From: Chthoniobacteraceae bacterium | GTDB lineage: Bacteria > Verrucomicrobiota > Verrucomicrobiia > Chthoniobacterales > Chthoniobacteraceae | Direction: 5' to 3' | NCBI GenBank assembly: GCA_040081625.1 | Contig: JBEBGD010000010.1 | Span: forward strand, 1-64,000 | DNA length: 64,000 bases | Shown: piece by piece, positions 28,801 through 37,739 of the stretch | Layout of the letters: each line of letters starts with the position of its first letter | Position numbering within the stretch: the stretch's first letter is position 1 | Notes under the pieces: generated by a model | What the model was told of the DNA's origin: nothing | The model's database searches: none | What the model saw: the letters and a program-made list of their open reading frames with translations, nothing else | Position numbers and translations under genes: made by a program

Positions 28801-30371
28801 CACGATTTTTTTCCGGTCAGCGTGACGGCCACGCCTTTGAACTGCATCCCCGCCGCGCCGAAATCGCCGAGCGTGGCGCCGCCGACCCAGTTGTGCGGCG
28901 AGGTCGTGCTCTGGCCCTGCGCGCGCGGGCCTATGCTGTTTGGGACAGGCGGCAGCTTGTTGTGGGTCACGTCGGCGGTGACGCCGGGCATGCGATATTG
29001 ATCGATCGTGGCGTAGTAGGCGTCGGCGAACTCATCGAGGTCGGCGTTGTAAAGGATGGTCTGTCCGTCGCCGGTGAACCAGCCGCGCAGGTTCTCGCCG
29101 TTGATGGACTCGAAGTTCGCAATGCGCGTGGAGCACATGCTCAGGCCAAAGCCGTAGCCCGCGCCGAGGTGGATCACGCGATCCATTTCCGCGAAGGTGC
29201 GGTGGCCGATGAGTTCGCCGCGGCGAGGCACGCCCGCGTCGGCGAGCAGCGCCTTGGCGAGCGGCAGCGTGGGCAGCGGACGCAGAGAGACGAAGTCCCG
29301 CACGGTGTCGCTGAGCGCCCATTCCTTGACCATGCTCTCCATCCGCGCGGCATCGGCCGGCGGCGCGAACTGCGCCATCTGCATGATGGAATCCATGATC
29401 GTGTGGCCGGTGGGTTGAGGGGACCCGCCGGACCGGCCCGCCTCGCGGCCGCGCACGAGATCCCACGCCGCGCCACGATAGATGATCGGCTCGAACGAAT
29501 CATAGACCCACTCGAAGACATTGCTCTGCGCCGGGTCGGTGACCGCCCAGGTGGTGCCGGAAAGCCACGCCAGCACCGGCACCATATTCGAGAGCAGGCT
29601 GCTGCCGTATCCCGCGGTATAGGGGTGGGAGGTGTGCTGGATGTAGGAGCCGTCCGTGTAAAAGCCGTCGCCGCTGGTCACATAGACAAAGAGATTGCTG
29701 AACGCGTCGCGCGCCGCGGTGAGCTTCGCGCTGCTCTTCACCACTGCGCCCCGCACCGCGACCACGCGGATTTTCCACATGCGATTCGCGCCGGTGAAGG
29801 TGCCGGTGGTCCCGCCCGGCGCCTGCGTCGTGGCCGAGGGCGTGAACTTCTCCACGGCGTTCATGAAGTTGGTGAGCTGGGTGGGCGTAAGCTGGTCGTA
29901 GAGCAGCACGGCGATGTCTGTGAGCTGCAGCGGCGAGCCGATCTCGAAGTCCCACCAGTTATCGTAGATCGACTTCGTCGGGTTGTAGCGATTGGTGTTC
30001 ATCCAATCGAGCGCGCTCGTGATGTCCGCGAGCAGCGTGGCATTCCCGGCGAGCGAACAGCCGGGCGTGGCGTAGGCGAGCGCCATCGCGCGGAGCCGGC
30101 TGTAGTTCGTCGTGAGGTGCGAGGAGATGGTCGTGCTCGCCGCGTCGCTCCAGAGGAAGGTGCGCGTCGGCGAGGTATCCATGCTCGACCAGTTGCTGTT
30201 TGCCGTGCTCGCGACGCTGCCGAGCCGCGAGATCACATCGGCATCCGCGGTGTCGTAACCGGTCCCGACGATGGTGTCCCGCCACTTCAAGCGCAGGTCA
30301 TCGTATTCATCGGCCCTCGCGAGAAAGGCCGTCGAGATGACGAGTAGGAGGCAGGCTAGGCGGCGGAGCAT
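25872..30371 (-). CDS. Polysaccharide lyase family 8 with DNRLRE, Ig/cadherin-like and LamG domains
   Basis: NWWDFEIG, TGANR, DGSYIQH..YTAGYG, VRGR, NGENLRGW, KKSWFMFDDEIVCLGAGI; ADAYV...ESYLRFD...SREN...RPQL; WHHFAVTR...LYVDG. Confidence 0.9.
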   Translation of the reverse strand: MLRRLACLLLVISTAFLARADEYDDLRLKWRDTIVGTGYDTADADVISRLGSVASTANSNWSSMDTSPTRTFLWSDAASTTISSHLTTNYSRLRAMALAYATPGCSLAGNATLLADITSALDWMNTNRYNPTKSIYDNWWDFEIGSPLQLTDIAVLLYDQLTPTQLTNFMNAVEKFTPSATTQAPGGTTGTFTGANRMWKIRVVAVRGAVVKSSAKLTAARDAFSNLFVYVTSGDGFYTDGSYIQHTSHPYTAGYGSSLLSNMVPVLAWLSGTTWAVTDPAQSNVFEWVYDSFEPIIYRGAAWDLVRGREAGRSGGSPQPTGHTIMDSIMQMAQFAPPADAARMESMVKEWALSDTVRDFVSLRPLPTLPLAKALLADAGVPRRGELIGHRTFAEMDRVIHLGAGYGFGLSMCSTRIANFESINGENLRGWFTGDGQTILYNADLDEFADAYYATIDQYRMPGVTADVTHNKLPPVPNSIGPRAQGQSTTSPHNWVGGATLGDFGAAGMQFKGVAVTLTGKKSWFMFDDEIVCLGAGITSTDSRPIETTVENRKLSGTGTNVFTVNGVAKPSALGWTESMPGVNWAHLAGTAPGADIGYFFPQTPTLTALREARTGAFADIDDGSSATPITRNFLRMSFEHGSNPTNATYQYVLLPGRTARRVGNYAEAPQVSVLVNNANVQAVSETTLGITAANFWTDTTQSAGIVTANKKCSVLVQNDGTFIDVAVSDPTQANTGSIDLQIAASANALVSADAGVTVTQITPGIAMTVSVNGAQGKTFRARFYVGTPQTTTVTPVADAYVYDAAASVDSNFGTGSTLIVKKSGTGFNRESYLRFDVPAWNGVLVGASLNLMPLSTSTPGVNGVALVSDNSWIESGAGGITWNNKPAANAAVLSTWTPATGVPTSGDVTPAIAGSGLVSFKVYATTQTADGYVTYGSRENGTTGNRPQLVLSLGHTPPTVAITSPADGAYVPHTTTMSISADAQPTDGAVTSVAFYDGATLLGTDTTAPYSVDASLDSGTHLLTAVATDANGLSKTSLVHRLDISYPPTAADAGFMVLKNTPTDIDLRSLVSDADTPLSDLRFTASGAVNGTVTLLADGHTARFTPAPGYTGSATFDYAVIDTTADPRTMLNYRFQSASAADSSGNGRDGTFNIQGTGGTSFTTDAPAALLPQEPQSVILTENGTDGGSRIERVITPAELDLKDADWTFAGWFKRAVAANIDVILHLGDSGGYGSNAMTLAFYGGSTTLDLRNYNGSTQDALISRPNVATGAWHHFAVTRSGTTLSLYVDGAPAGSDTSFAFGFTNTKPVKWGAPGSTSVLDRWLNGSLADLAIFSEALSPADVARLATHPVANVGGQTAGSTVSFDVVTPVESWRFTHFGTTANTGEFADTADKDDDGLRNLVEYGTGTDPNSSNDAPCSVTKTAGGLDFIYTKNKSATDVTLTVVWSDTLLNDWSTAGVSAPMVLSDDGTTQQIKVTVPVPVGVSRRFARLEVTRP

Positions 30372-30455
30372 TACAGGGAGGTGACACCGGAGCTTGGCCG
30401 GGACCGCGCAAATTTCCACGAGGAATCGGGCTGTCGCGGAGCAGCCGACGTGGAG

Positions 30456-30572
30456 GACGTGGCCGAGGTGATCGGCGCGGGACGCGTGCTTTTCCACGAT
30501 GCGAAACAACCAACGTGGACCGAACTGCGCTCGGGGGATCGCTACGATCTGCGGCGGCGCATCGAGTTGTAG
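30456..30572 (+). pseudogene. Orphan second 3' end of the cyanophycinase gene
   Basis: DVAEVIGAGRVLFHDAKQPTWTELRSGDRYDLRRRIEL* is colinear with DVAEVIGAGIARFHDSKHEHWQELRAGQSFDLRRRAILASP*. Confidence 0.9.
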
Positions 30573-30652
30573 GGCAAGCGCCCCGCTTGCTGGAGCGGGA
30601 GGTTTCTCTCAGGCAACCGGAGCGCTTGCCCTGCAAGAAACGGTGTGCGGCG

Positions 30653-33600
30653 CTAATTGATCGTGAAGCCGCCGGTGAGCGTGAACGAGGGGGTGGGGAA
30701 CTGGATGAAGATGTTTTGCGCGCCCGTCGGCGCACCCGCGGGGATCACGAAGGTCGCTTTCACCTGGTTCGTCGCCGGGCGGCTGAAGGTGCTGCCCGCG
30801 ATCGTGCCGGCGAGCGTCACGCTCAGGGGCTGGACGTTCACGGGGACGTTTCCACCGAACGTGATCGTCACATCCACGGTCGTGCCGCGCGCCGCGCTGC
30901 CGCCGGGGGCGACGGAGGTGGCGTTGCCGCCGCCGACGGTGCCGGCGAACCCGATCTTGTCGTAAGCGGACACGCCAGTCCGCACCGTGCGGTAGAAACG
31001 CGTCGTCTGCCCGGTCGCGCCGCCGGTTTCCACGACGGCGCCGGTGTCGTCGTTCGCGGGGCTGATGCCCGTGGAGAGGGTGGTCCACGAGGTGAGGGTG
31101 CCGCTCACCTCGATATTGTAGACGCCGCCTTCGATGCCGCTCCACGTCATCGTCACGTCGCCGTTCGCCGCGTTCACGCTCGTCCCGCCGGAGCGGTCGG
31201 TCTTGAACGGCCCGCCTGTGAAACTCGTCGCGACCGGTTCAGTGATCGTCGTCACGCTGCCGCCTGTCGGGTCGCCGTAGAATTGCCGGCCCGTGGTGTA
31301 GGGATACGCGGGCGTGTTGTCGGCATTGATCGTGGTGAAGTAAGCCCACGTCCCCGCGGGATATTCCGGCGTGAGGCAGAAGCGGACGTTCTGTTCGTTG
31401 AGATCGAAGTCGGTGCCGTGTGTGAAGCCGAGGTCGCCGAGGTAGTCGAAGTCCTCGATGTAGTGGCCGAGCGCGTAGGTCGTATTCACGGCGGGGCCGT
31501 ATTGATTCGCCGCGAGCGTGGCGGAACGGCTCTGCACGCGGGCGGCCCACGCGGGGAGCGTCGTGCGACCGGTGATCGCGAGATTCGTCGTTCCGTTCGC
31601 GCCATTGCGCAGCACGAAGCCGCTCACCATGCGGCGCACGGCGCTGCCCGCGTTGTTCGGATCGCCGTAGCCGTATGGCCCATAGACCGGCAGTCCGTCC
31701 GTGGCCCACGCGAGGATCGGCGAGTGTTTCGTCACCGCCGCGGCGCTCTCGGTGTAGGCGTTCGTCGTCGGGTTGTAGTCCACGTGATCGCCGAGCTGAT
31801 GGCGCAGGCCGATGGGCTGCGCGTGGTAGTGGTAGTTGTTGCCCGCTTGATGCGCGAGCGCCGGATCGAAGGTGACGCCTTCGTTGTGATACCCGTCGCG
31901 ATTCCAGATGCCGTCGCCATTGAAGCCCCCGCCCGGTGTGGCGTCTGCGGCGTTGACGTTCGAGTAGGAGAAGGCGTCGCGGCTGTCGAACATCGACACG
32001 CCATTGACCATCCGCCCCGTCGCGCCGAGGCCGGTGAGCGCCTTCGTCCCCGGGATCACCGGCACGCGCGGGAAGCGGAACGTCGTCGCGGTGTTCGAGG
32101 GGTAGTTTGGGAAGAGGGTCGTCTTCGCCGCATTCAAATACCACGGTCCCATCGTGTGACTCGCGAGCCCGGTCGTGTGGATATACACCCAGGCGTCCGA
32201 GAAATCGACCTGGTGAACGTCCGCGTAGGTCGGTGCGTTCTGCTCGCCCGCGCCTCGGCTCCACGTGGTCGCGCTCGTGCCGCTGGTCTGGTCCGCGAGC
32301 GTCGGGTAGATGCGCGCGTATTCGCCGGTATTTGTGGTGAGCCACGACGAGACCAGCGGATCGTGCGCCACGCCGCTTGCGGTGAAGTTTGCGACCTTCA
32401 GCTTCAGCGCCGCGTAAGCCGCCTGCGCGGCGTTGCTGATCGAGGCGCCGAGCAGGTTTGTCGTTTGGTTCGTGTCCGTCGTAGTCAGGTAAAACTCCTC
32501 ACGCCCGTCGTCGAACTGGATGAGCGTGTAGCCCGCCGCGTCCGTGATCGCGCGGCCCGAGACGCTCAGCGCGAGGGTGCTGCTGAACGTCTGGCTGAAC
32601 CCCGTGCGCTCGGTGTCGGTCGTGTTCGCAAGGATCGGCAGCAGGCTCACCGAGTCGATCGGGTTCGCCGGCGGCTGCGTCGCCTCCACGTCGATTCCCG
32701 CGAGTTCGAGGATCGTGGAGTAAATGTCCACGCAGTTCACCGGCACGGTGCTGTCGCGGTTCGGGCTCACGATCGACGGTCCCGCGATGATGAGCGGAAC
32801 GCGCGTTCCGCCGTCGTAGAGCGTCTCCTTCGAGTGCGCGGCGTTGTAGGGCGTCTGAATCACGTTCATCGGCGTGCCGTTGTCGCCGATGAAGATGACG
32901 TGCGTCGTCGCGAGGCTCGCGTTGGGGCGAGCGAGGATGCGTCCGACTTCCGTATCGAGCGCCTCGCACATCGCCTCGTATTGGGTGCGATTAGTCGCCG
33001 GGCTGCCGTAGCTGTGCAAGCCGGCCGGCGGCACATGAAAGGGCGTGTGCGGTGCATTGAACGCCGCCCACGCGAACCACGGCCCGGTCTGCGCGTCGAT
33101 GAACGCGATCGTGTCGTTGGCGATGTCGGTCGTCGCGTAGGTCGTCGATGCCGCCGACATGTTGTTCGTGATCTTCGTCCACGACGAGTAGTCCCCCAGC
33201 GCGCCGCTGATCGTGCCCGCGAAGTGCGGCCAGCCGCCGATCGTGCGCGGCGTGTCGTTCGTCCCGGCGCCCGCATTGAGGTGCCACTTGCCAAACATGG
33301 CCATCGCGTAGCCAGGCGCATTCGCCGTGAACGACTCCGGCAGCGTGAACTCGGAGGCCTGGAGCTGCGGGCTCGTCGCGCCCATGAGTTGCGCGCCGAT
33401 CCCCGTGCGAAACGGATGCCGCCCCGTGAGCATCGAGGCCCGCGTCGGCGAGCACGTCGGGTTCGCGCGCGCATTCTTGAAAAGCACGCCGCTGTTCTTG
33501 AGCGCCGAGATGTTCGGCATCGGCGGCACCGACGCGCCGACGCCCGCGGTGAGCGGGAAGCTATCCGCACCGAGATCGTCGGCGATGATGACGAGCACAT

Positions 33601-33697
33601 TGTGCGGCTGTGCCGTCGCGCGCGCACATAGCAATGCAAACAGCACTGCCGAAAAGCAGATGGCGACGCGAGACGAGACGGAAATGGGGGGAACCAT
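30653..33697 (-). CDS. Sulfatase - YHYH domain fusion, secreted
   Basis: NVLVIIADDLG, CSPTRASMLTG, GKWHL, GDNG, YDGGTRVP; then GVSMF, NYHYHAQP, WATDGLPVYGPYG, DLNEQNVRFCLTPEYP. Confidence 0.88.
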   Translation of the reverse strand: MVPPISVSSRVAICFSAVLFALLCARATAQPHNVLVIIADDLGADSFPLTAGVGASVPPMPNISALKNSGVLFKNARANPTCSPTRASMLTGRHPFRTGIGAQLMGATSPQLQASEFTLPESFTANAPGYAMAMFGKWHLNAGAGTNDTPRTIGGWPHFAGTISGALGDYSSWTKITNNMSAASTTYATTDIANDTIAFIDAQTGPWFAWAAFNAPHTPFHVPPAGLHSYGSPATNRTQYEAMCEALDTEVGRILARPNASLATTHVIFIGDNGTPMNVIQTPYNAAHSKETLYDGGTRVPLIIAGPSIVSPNRDSTVPVNCVDIYSTILELAGIDVEATQPPANPIDSVSLLPILANTTDTERTGFSQTFSSTLALSVSGRAITDAAGYTLIQFDDGREEFYLTTTDTNQTTNLLGASISNAAQAAYAALKLKVANFTASGVAHDPLVSSWLTTNTGEYARIYPTLADQTSGTSATTWSRGAGEQNAPTYADVHQVDFSDAWVYIHTTGLASHTMGPWYLNAAKTTLFPNYPSNTATTFRFPRVPVIPGTKALTGLGATGRMVNGVSMFDSRDAFSYSNVNAADATPGGGFNGDGIWNRDGYHNEGVTFDPALAHQAGNNYHYHAQPIGLRHQLGDHVDYNPTTNAYTESAAAVTKHSPILAWATDGLPVYGPYGYGDPNNAGSAVRRMVSGFVLRNGANGTTNLAITGRTTLPAWAARVQSRSATLAANQYGPAVNTTYALGHYIEDFDYLGDLGFTHGTDFDLNEQNVRFCLTPEYPAGTWAYFTTINADNTPAYPYTTGRQFYGDPTGGSVTTITEPVATSFTGGPFKTDRSGGTSVNAANGDVTMTWSGIEGGVYNIEVSGTLTSWTTLSTGISPANDDTGAVVETGGATGQTTRFYRTVRTGVSAYDKIGFAGTVGGGNATSVAPGGSAARGTTVDVTITFGGNVPVNVQPLSVTLAGTIAGSTFSRPATNQVKATFVIPAGAPTGAQNIFIQFPTPSFTLTGGFTIN

Positions 33698-33819
33698 GGC
33701 GTGGAGCATGGCACGAAGAACCCTGCGCAAGAACCCCGGTTTGCAGCAGAATTGTAAGGGATTGGTAAAGGCGGGGCATGGCGAAGTGGCCGCGACGGCG
33801 CGTCGCAGCCACCCGGGCG

Positions 33820-34764
33820 CTACTTCGCGGGCGCGCAGAGTTTCACCATCGCTTTGCCGAGTGCGTCGCCGACGAGGAAATACGTCTCCGCATTTCCAAA
33901 CTCGTGATGCCCGTGGCCGGGATTCGGGGAGTCCTCGGGCTTGCGGACGAAGTCGTGCGTCGGCACGAAGACGACGCTGCCCGCAAACTCCGGTCGCGCC
34001 GCTGCCGCCGCCTGCGCCTTGCGCAGCGTGGCCCATGCGCCGGGCGCCTCGACCCACGGGCCGGTGAGTTCGCCGATGACCACCGGGAGCTTTGGCGCGG
34101 CGAATTCCTTCCGCACATCGCGGATCAGGTTCACGAGATTCTGTTCGTATTCCGGCACGGCGTTCTTCGGGTCCACGCCGTCGTTCCAGCCGTGATACCA
34201 CACGAAGCCCGCCAGCTCGTAGCCGCGGCCTTTCGTGGCGGGAAAATCCTTTTCCATGGCGTCGATCGCGTCGAGCACCTGCAGGATCATGAACGTGTAG
34301 TATTTGCCCATCTCGCCGCCCGATGACGGCGGGCGAAAGTCGCGGAACAAACTCTTCCCGCCCCACGCGGTCTTGATGAGCAGCACCGGGTTTTCAAAAT
34401 GATCGCCCACGACGTGTCCGAACTGCAGCTCCGGGCCGAAGTGCCCCTTGTCGCCATAGACGGAGAACCCCACGCCGAGCGGCCCGGCGAGCATCGGCCC
34501 GCGTTCGCGCTCGTAGCGCACCCACACGTCGTTGCGCACCGTCCACTTCCCGTCCGCGCCCATGAGATGCCGAAGTATCGGCGCCTTCGCCGGGTCGCGC
34601 AGGAGCGCCGCGAGCGTGCCTTTGCCCTCGTTGTAATTCCTCCCCGTCAGATCCACGACCGCCTGGCCTTCCATGTTCGATTGCCCGGCGAGGATGAAGA
34701 CCTTCACCGGCGTAGCGGCGAGGGAGGATGTGGCGAGTAGCGCGAGGAGGAGTGTGGGTTTCAC
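33820..34764 (-). CDS. Sialate O-acetylesterase-like SGNH hydrolase (SASA/DUF303)
   Basis: VFILAGQSNMEG, FGPELQFG, KTAWGGKSL, WYHGWND, HHEFGNAE. Confidence 0.88.
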   Translation of the reverse strand: MKPTLLLALLATSSLAATPVKVFILAGQSNMEGQAVVDLTGRNYNEGKGTLAALLRDPAKAPILRHLMGADGKWTVRNDVWVRYERERGPMLAGPLGVGFSVYGDKGHFGPELQFGHVVGDHFENPVLLIKTAWGGKSLFRDFRPPSSGGEMGKYYTFMILQVLDAIDAMEKDFPATKGRGYELAGFVWYHGWNDGVDPKNAVPEYEQNLVNLIRDVRKEFAAPKLPVVIGELTGPWVEAPGAWATLRKAQAAAAARPEFAGSVVFVPTHDFVRKPEDSPNPGHGHHEFGNAETYFLVGDALGKAMVKLCAPAK

Positions 34765-34823
34765 GGAGCGGATTGTTTCATGGATGGACGGTCTTGGCGA
34801 TATCGCGCTAAATCGCGCCTCGC

Positions 34824-36359
34824 ATGAAAAACCTCAGCCTTCTCCTCGCGCTCGCGCTGCTCGCCACCACGGCCTTCGCCGCGAAGCCGCCGAACATCCT
34901 CTTCATCTACGCCGACGACCAGAGCACGAAGACGGTCGGCTGCTATCCGGAGTCCTTCCCGTGGGTGAAGACGCCGAACATCGACGCCCTTGCGGCGACG
35001 GGTGTGCGCTTCCACGGCGCTTATCTCGGCTCGTGGTGCATGCCTTCGCGCGCGGCGCTGCTCACGGGGCACTGGCCGCATGGGATCGAGTCGATGACGA
35101 TGGCGGGCAAGTATCCGGGCAGCACTTACGATCCGAAGCAGTGCCAGTTTTGGCCGAAGGTCTTCCGCGAGCGCGGCTACACGACGGCGCAGATCGGCAA
35201 GTGGCACACGGGCGAGGACGCGGGCTGGGGGCGCGATTGGGATCACCAGATCGTGTGGAACCGGCCGAAGCATCCCGACAATGCCGGCGCGTATTACGAG
35301 AAGCAGATCCTCGCGATCGATGGCGTGGAGAAGGAGGTCGATGGCTATCCGGCGGACAATTACACGAAGTGGGCGGAGGAGTTCGTGCGCGGCGCAAAGC
35401 GCGCCCCGAACAAGCCGTGGTATCTCTGGCTCTGCTACGGCAACATCCACGGGCCGTGGAAACCCGCCGACCGGCACAAGGGCAAATACGCCGGCGCCGA
35501 GGTGCCGATTCCCGCGGACATCCTGCCGCCGCGTCCGGGCAAGCCGGAGTATCTCAACAAGACGCAGGCCTGGTCGCGGACGAAGGACGGTCGGATCGTC
35601 GCGGGCAAAAGCGGCGAGGCTTTCGGCGACGAAGCGGGCAAGGGCGGCAAGGAATTCACTGACTGGGTGCGGCAGGTGAATGAATGCCTGCTCTCGGTCG
35701 ATGACGGCGTGGGCGCGCTGCTCAAGGCGCTGCGCGAGACCGGCCAGCTCGAGAATACGCTCGTCATTTACTCCGCCGACCAGGGCTTCGCGATGGGCGA
35801 GCACGGCTTCCGCACGAAGCTCGGGCCTTACGATGCGAACTATCGCTCGCCATTCATCGCCTCGATGCCCGGCACGATCCCGGCGGGGAAATTCTGCCCG
35901 CAGGTGATCGGCAGCCCGGACGTGATCGCGACGTTCTTCGCCTTCGCGGGCCTCGATCTGCCGTGGAAGATGCACGGGCGCGACCTCACGCCGCTGCTGC
36001 GTGATCCCGCCGCCGCGTGGCCGTATCCCTGCCTCTACGAACACACGGGCGACAACTACGGCAGCGAGATCGCGAAGATGCTGCGCGAGAATCCGAAGGG
36101 CGCCGTCCACAAGGCCGGCGTGCCGTGGTATGACGCCGTGGTCGTCGATGGCTGGAAATACGTTCGCTACCTGCGCGGCACCGACGGCGAGGAGCTCTAC
36201 GACTTGCGCGGCGATCCCGACGAGCTGAAGAACCTCGCGTCTTCACCCGACCAGCGCGAGCGGATGGAGAAGCTGCGCGGCGTGCTGATCGCCGAACTGA
36301 GACGCACCGGCGCGGCGTATGCGGATTTGCTGGCAACTCCGGCGGGCGTTGCGCGTTGA
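34824..36359 (+). CDS. Sulfatase
   Basis: PNILFIYADD, CMPSRAALLTG, GKWH, ADQG, ELYDLRGDPDELKNL. Confidence 0.93.
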   Translation: MKNLSLLLALALLATTAFAAKPPNILFIYADDQSTKTVGCYPESFPWVKTPNIDALAATGVRFHGAYLGSWCMPSRAALLTGHWPHGIESMTMAGKYPGSTYDPKQCQFWPKVFRERGYTTAQIGKWHTGEDAGWGRDWDHQIVWNRPKHPDNAGAYYEKQILAIDGVEKEVDGYPADNYTKWAEEFVRGAKRAPNKPWYLWLCYGNIHGPWKPADRHKGKYAGAEVPIPADILPPRPGKPEYLNKTQAWSRTKDGRIVAGKSGEAFGDEAGKGGKEFTDWVRQVNECLLSVDDGVGALLKALRETGQLENTLVIYSADQGFAMGEHGFRTKLGPYDANYRSPFIASMPGTIPAGKFCPQVIGSPDVIATFFAFAGLDLPWKMHGRDLTPLLRDPAAAWPYPCLYEHTGDNYGSEIAKMLRENPKGAVHKAGVPWYDAVVVDGWKYVRYLRGTDGEELYDLRGDPDELKNLASSPDQRERMEKLRGVLIAELRRTGAAYADLLATPAGVAR

Positions 36360-36369
36360 ACCGCGCGCC

Positions 36370-37689
36370 ATGATCTTCCGCATCTGCTTCGCCGCCGCAC
36401 TTCTCACCATCGCCCGCGCCGACGACTGGCCGCAGTGGCTCGGGCCGCAGCGCGACGGCGTGTGGCGCGAGACGGGGATCATCGGGAAATTTCCCGCCGA
36501 CGGCCCGAAGGTCCGCTGGCGTGCGCCGATCGGCGCCGGTTACACGGGGCCGGCCGTCGCGGACGGGCGCGTGTATGTGATGGATCGCACGCTCGCGCCC
36601 GGCGCCACGAATCCGCGCAGCGCGTTCGCGCGGCGCGGCGAAGTGCCCGGCAACGAGCGCGTGCTCTGCCTGAACGAAGCCGACGGCAAGATCGTGTGGC
36701 AGCACGAATACGAGTGCCCTTACACCGTGAGCTACGGTTCGGGCCCGCGCGTGACTCCGCTCGTGAGCGGCGGCCGCGTGTGGACGGTCGGCGCGGAGGG
36801 CCATCTGTTCTGCTTCGACGCGAAGGACGGCAAGGTCATCTGGTCGCGCGATTTCAAGAAGGACTACGGGGTGAAGACGCCGACGTGGGGCTTCGCGGGA
36901 CATCCGCTGCTCGACGGCCAGCAGCTCATCTGCCTCGTCGGCGGCGAAGGCAGCGTGGTCGTTTCTTTCGACAAGGACACGGGCAAGGAACTATGGCGGG
37001 CGCTGAGCGCGCGCGAGCCGGGTTACTGCCCGCCGACGATGGTCGAGGTGAAGGGCAAACCGCAGCTCGTCGTGTGGCACGCGGAGGCGGTGAACGTGCT
37101 CGAACCCGCGACGGGCAAAGTGCTGTGGACCTACCCGTGGGCGATCCGCGCGGGCTTGAGCCTCGCGCAGCCGCGGCAGGTGGGCGATCTGCTCTTCGTC
37201 AGCGCATTCTATAATGGGTCGCGCCTATTCCGCCTCGGCGGCACGGCGCCGGAAGTGGTGTGGCAGACCGACAAGCCGAGCGAAAAGGAAACCACGCATC
37301 TCAACTGCCTGATGAGCACGCCCGTCATCGACGCCGGCACGATCTACGGCGTGTGCAGCTACGGGCAGCTCCGGGCGCTGAAATTGGAGACCGGTGAGCG
37401 GCTGTGGGAGACCTTCGCGGCCACGAACCCCGAAGGCCCGGTGCGCTGGGGCAATGCGTTCATCGTCAAGCAAGGCGACCGCTACTTCCTCGCGAACGAA
37501 AAGGGCGACCTCATCATCGCGCGGCTCACGCCGAAGGGCTACGAAGAGATCAGCCGCACGCGCCTGCTCGAGCCGACCAACCACGACGCGCGCCGCCCTG
37601 TCGTCTGGTCGCACCCGGCCTTCGCAAACCGCAGCGTCTGTGCGCGCAACGATCGCGAGATCGTGTGCTGGTCCCTGGCGGGGGAGTAG
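36370..37689 (+). CDS. PQQ-like beta-propeller repeat protein
   Basis: DDWPQWLGPQRDG, repeated GK..W blades, WSHPAFANR. Confidence 0.9.
   Translation: MIFRICFAAALLTIARADDWPQWLGPQRDGVWRETGIIGKFPADGPKVRWRAPIGAGYTGPAVADGRVYVMDRTLAPGATNPRSAFARRGEVPGNERVLCLNEADGKIVWQHEYECPYTVSYGSGPRVTPLVSGGRVWTVGAEGHLFCFDAKDGKVIWSRDFKKDYGVKTPTWGFAGHPLLDGQQLICLVGGEGSVVVSFDKDTGKELWRALSAREPGYCPPTMVEVKGKPQLVVWHAEAVNVLEPATGKVLWTYPWAIRAGLSLAQPRQVGDLLFVSAFYNGSRLFRLGGTAPEVVWQTDKPSEKETTHLNCLMSTPVIDAGTIYGVCSYGQLRALKLETGERLWETFAATNPEGPVRWGNAFIVKQGDRYFLANEKGDLIIARLTPKGYEEISRTRLLEPTNHDARRPVVWSHPAFANRSVCARNDREIVCWSLAGE
37641..37689 (+). repeat. 49-bp direct repeat, left copy (3' end of PQQ-repeat gene)
   Basis: tgcgcgcaacgatcgcgagatcgtgtgctggtc(c/g)ctggcgggggagt(ag/ga), second copy at 38452-38500. 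Confidence 0.95.
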
Positions 37690-37739
37690 CGGCGGACGCT
37701 CGACACCGGGCGCGCGAGTCGATAGACGGCTTGCTCAGC

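Noticed and set aside
27069..33631. Very long + strand ORFs (27069-30347, 30515-33631) and similar shadow ORFs across the window
   Set aside because: Antisense to motif-bearing genes and rich in Arg/Ala/Gly, as expected from high-GC codon bias.
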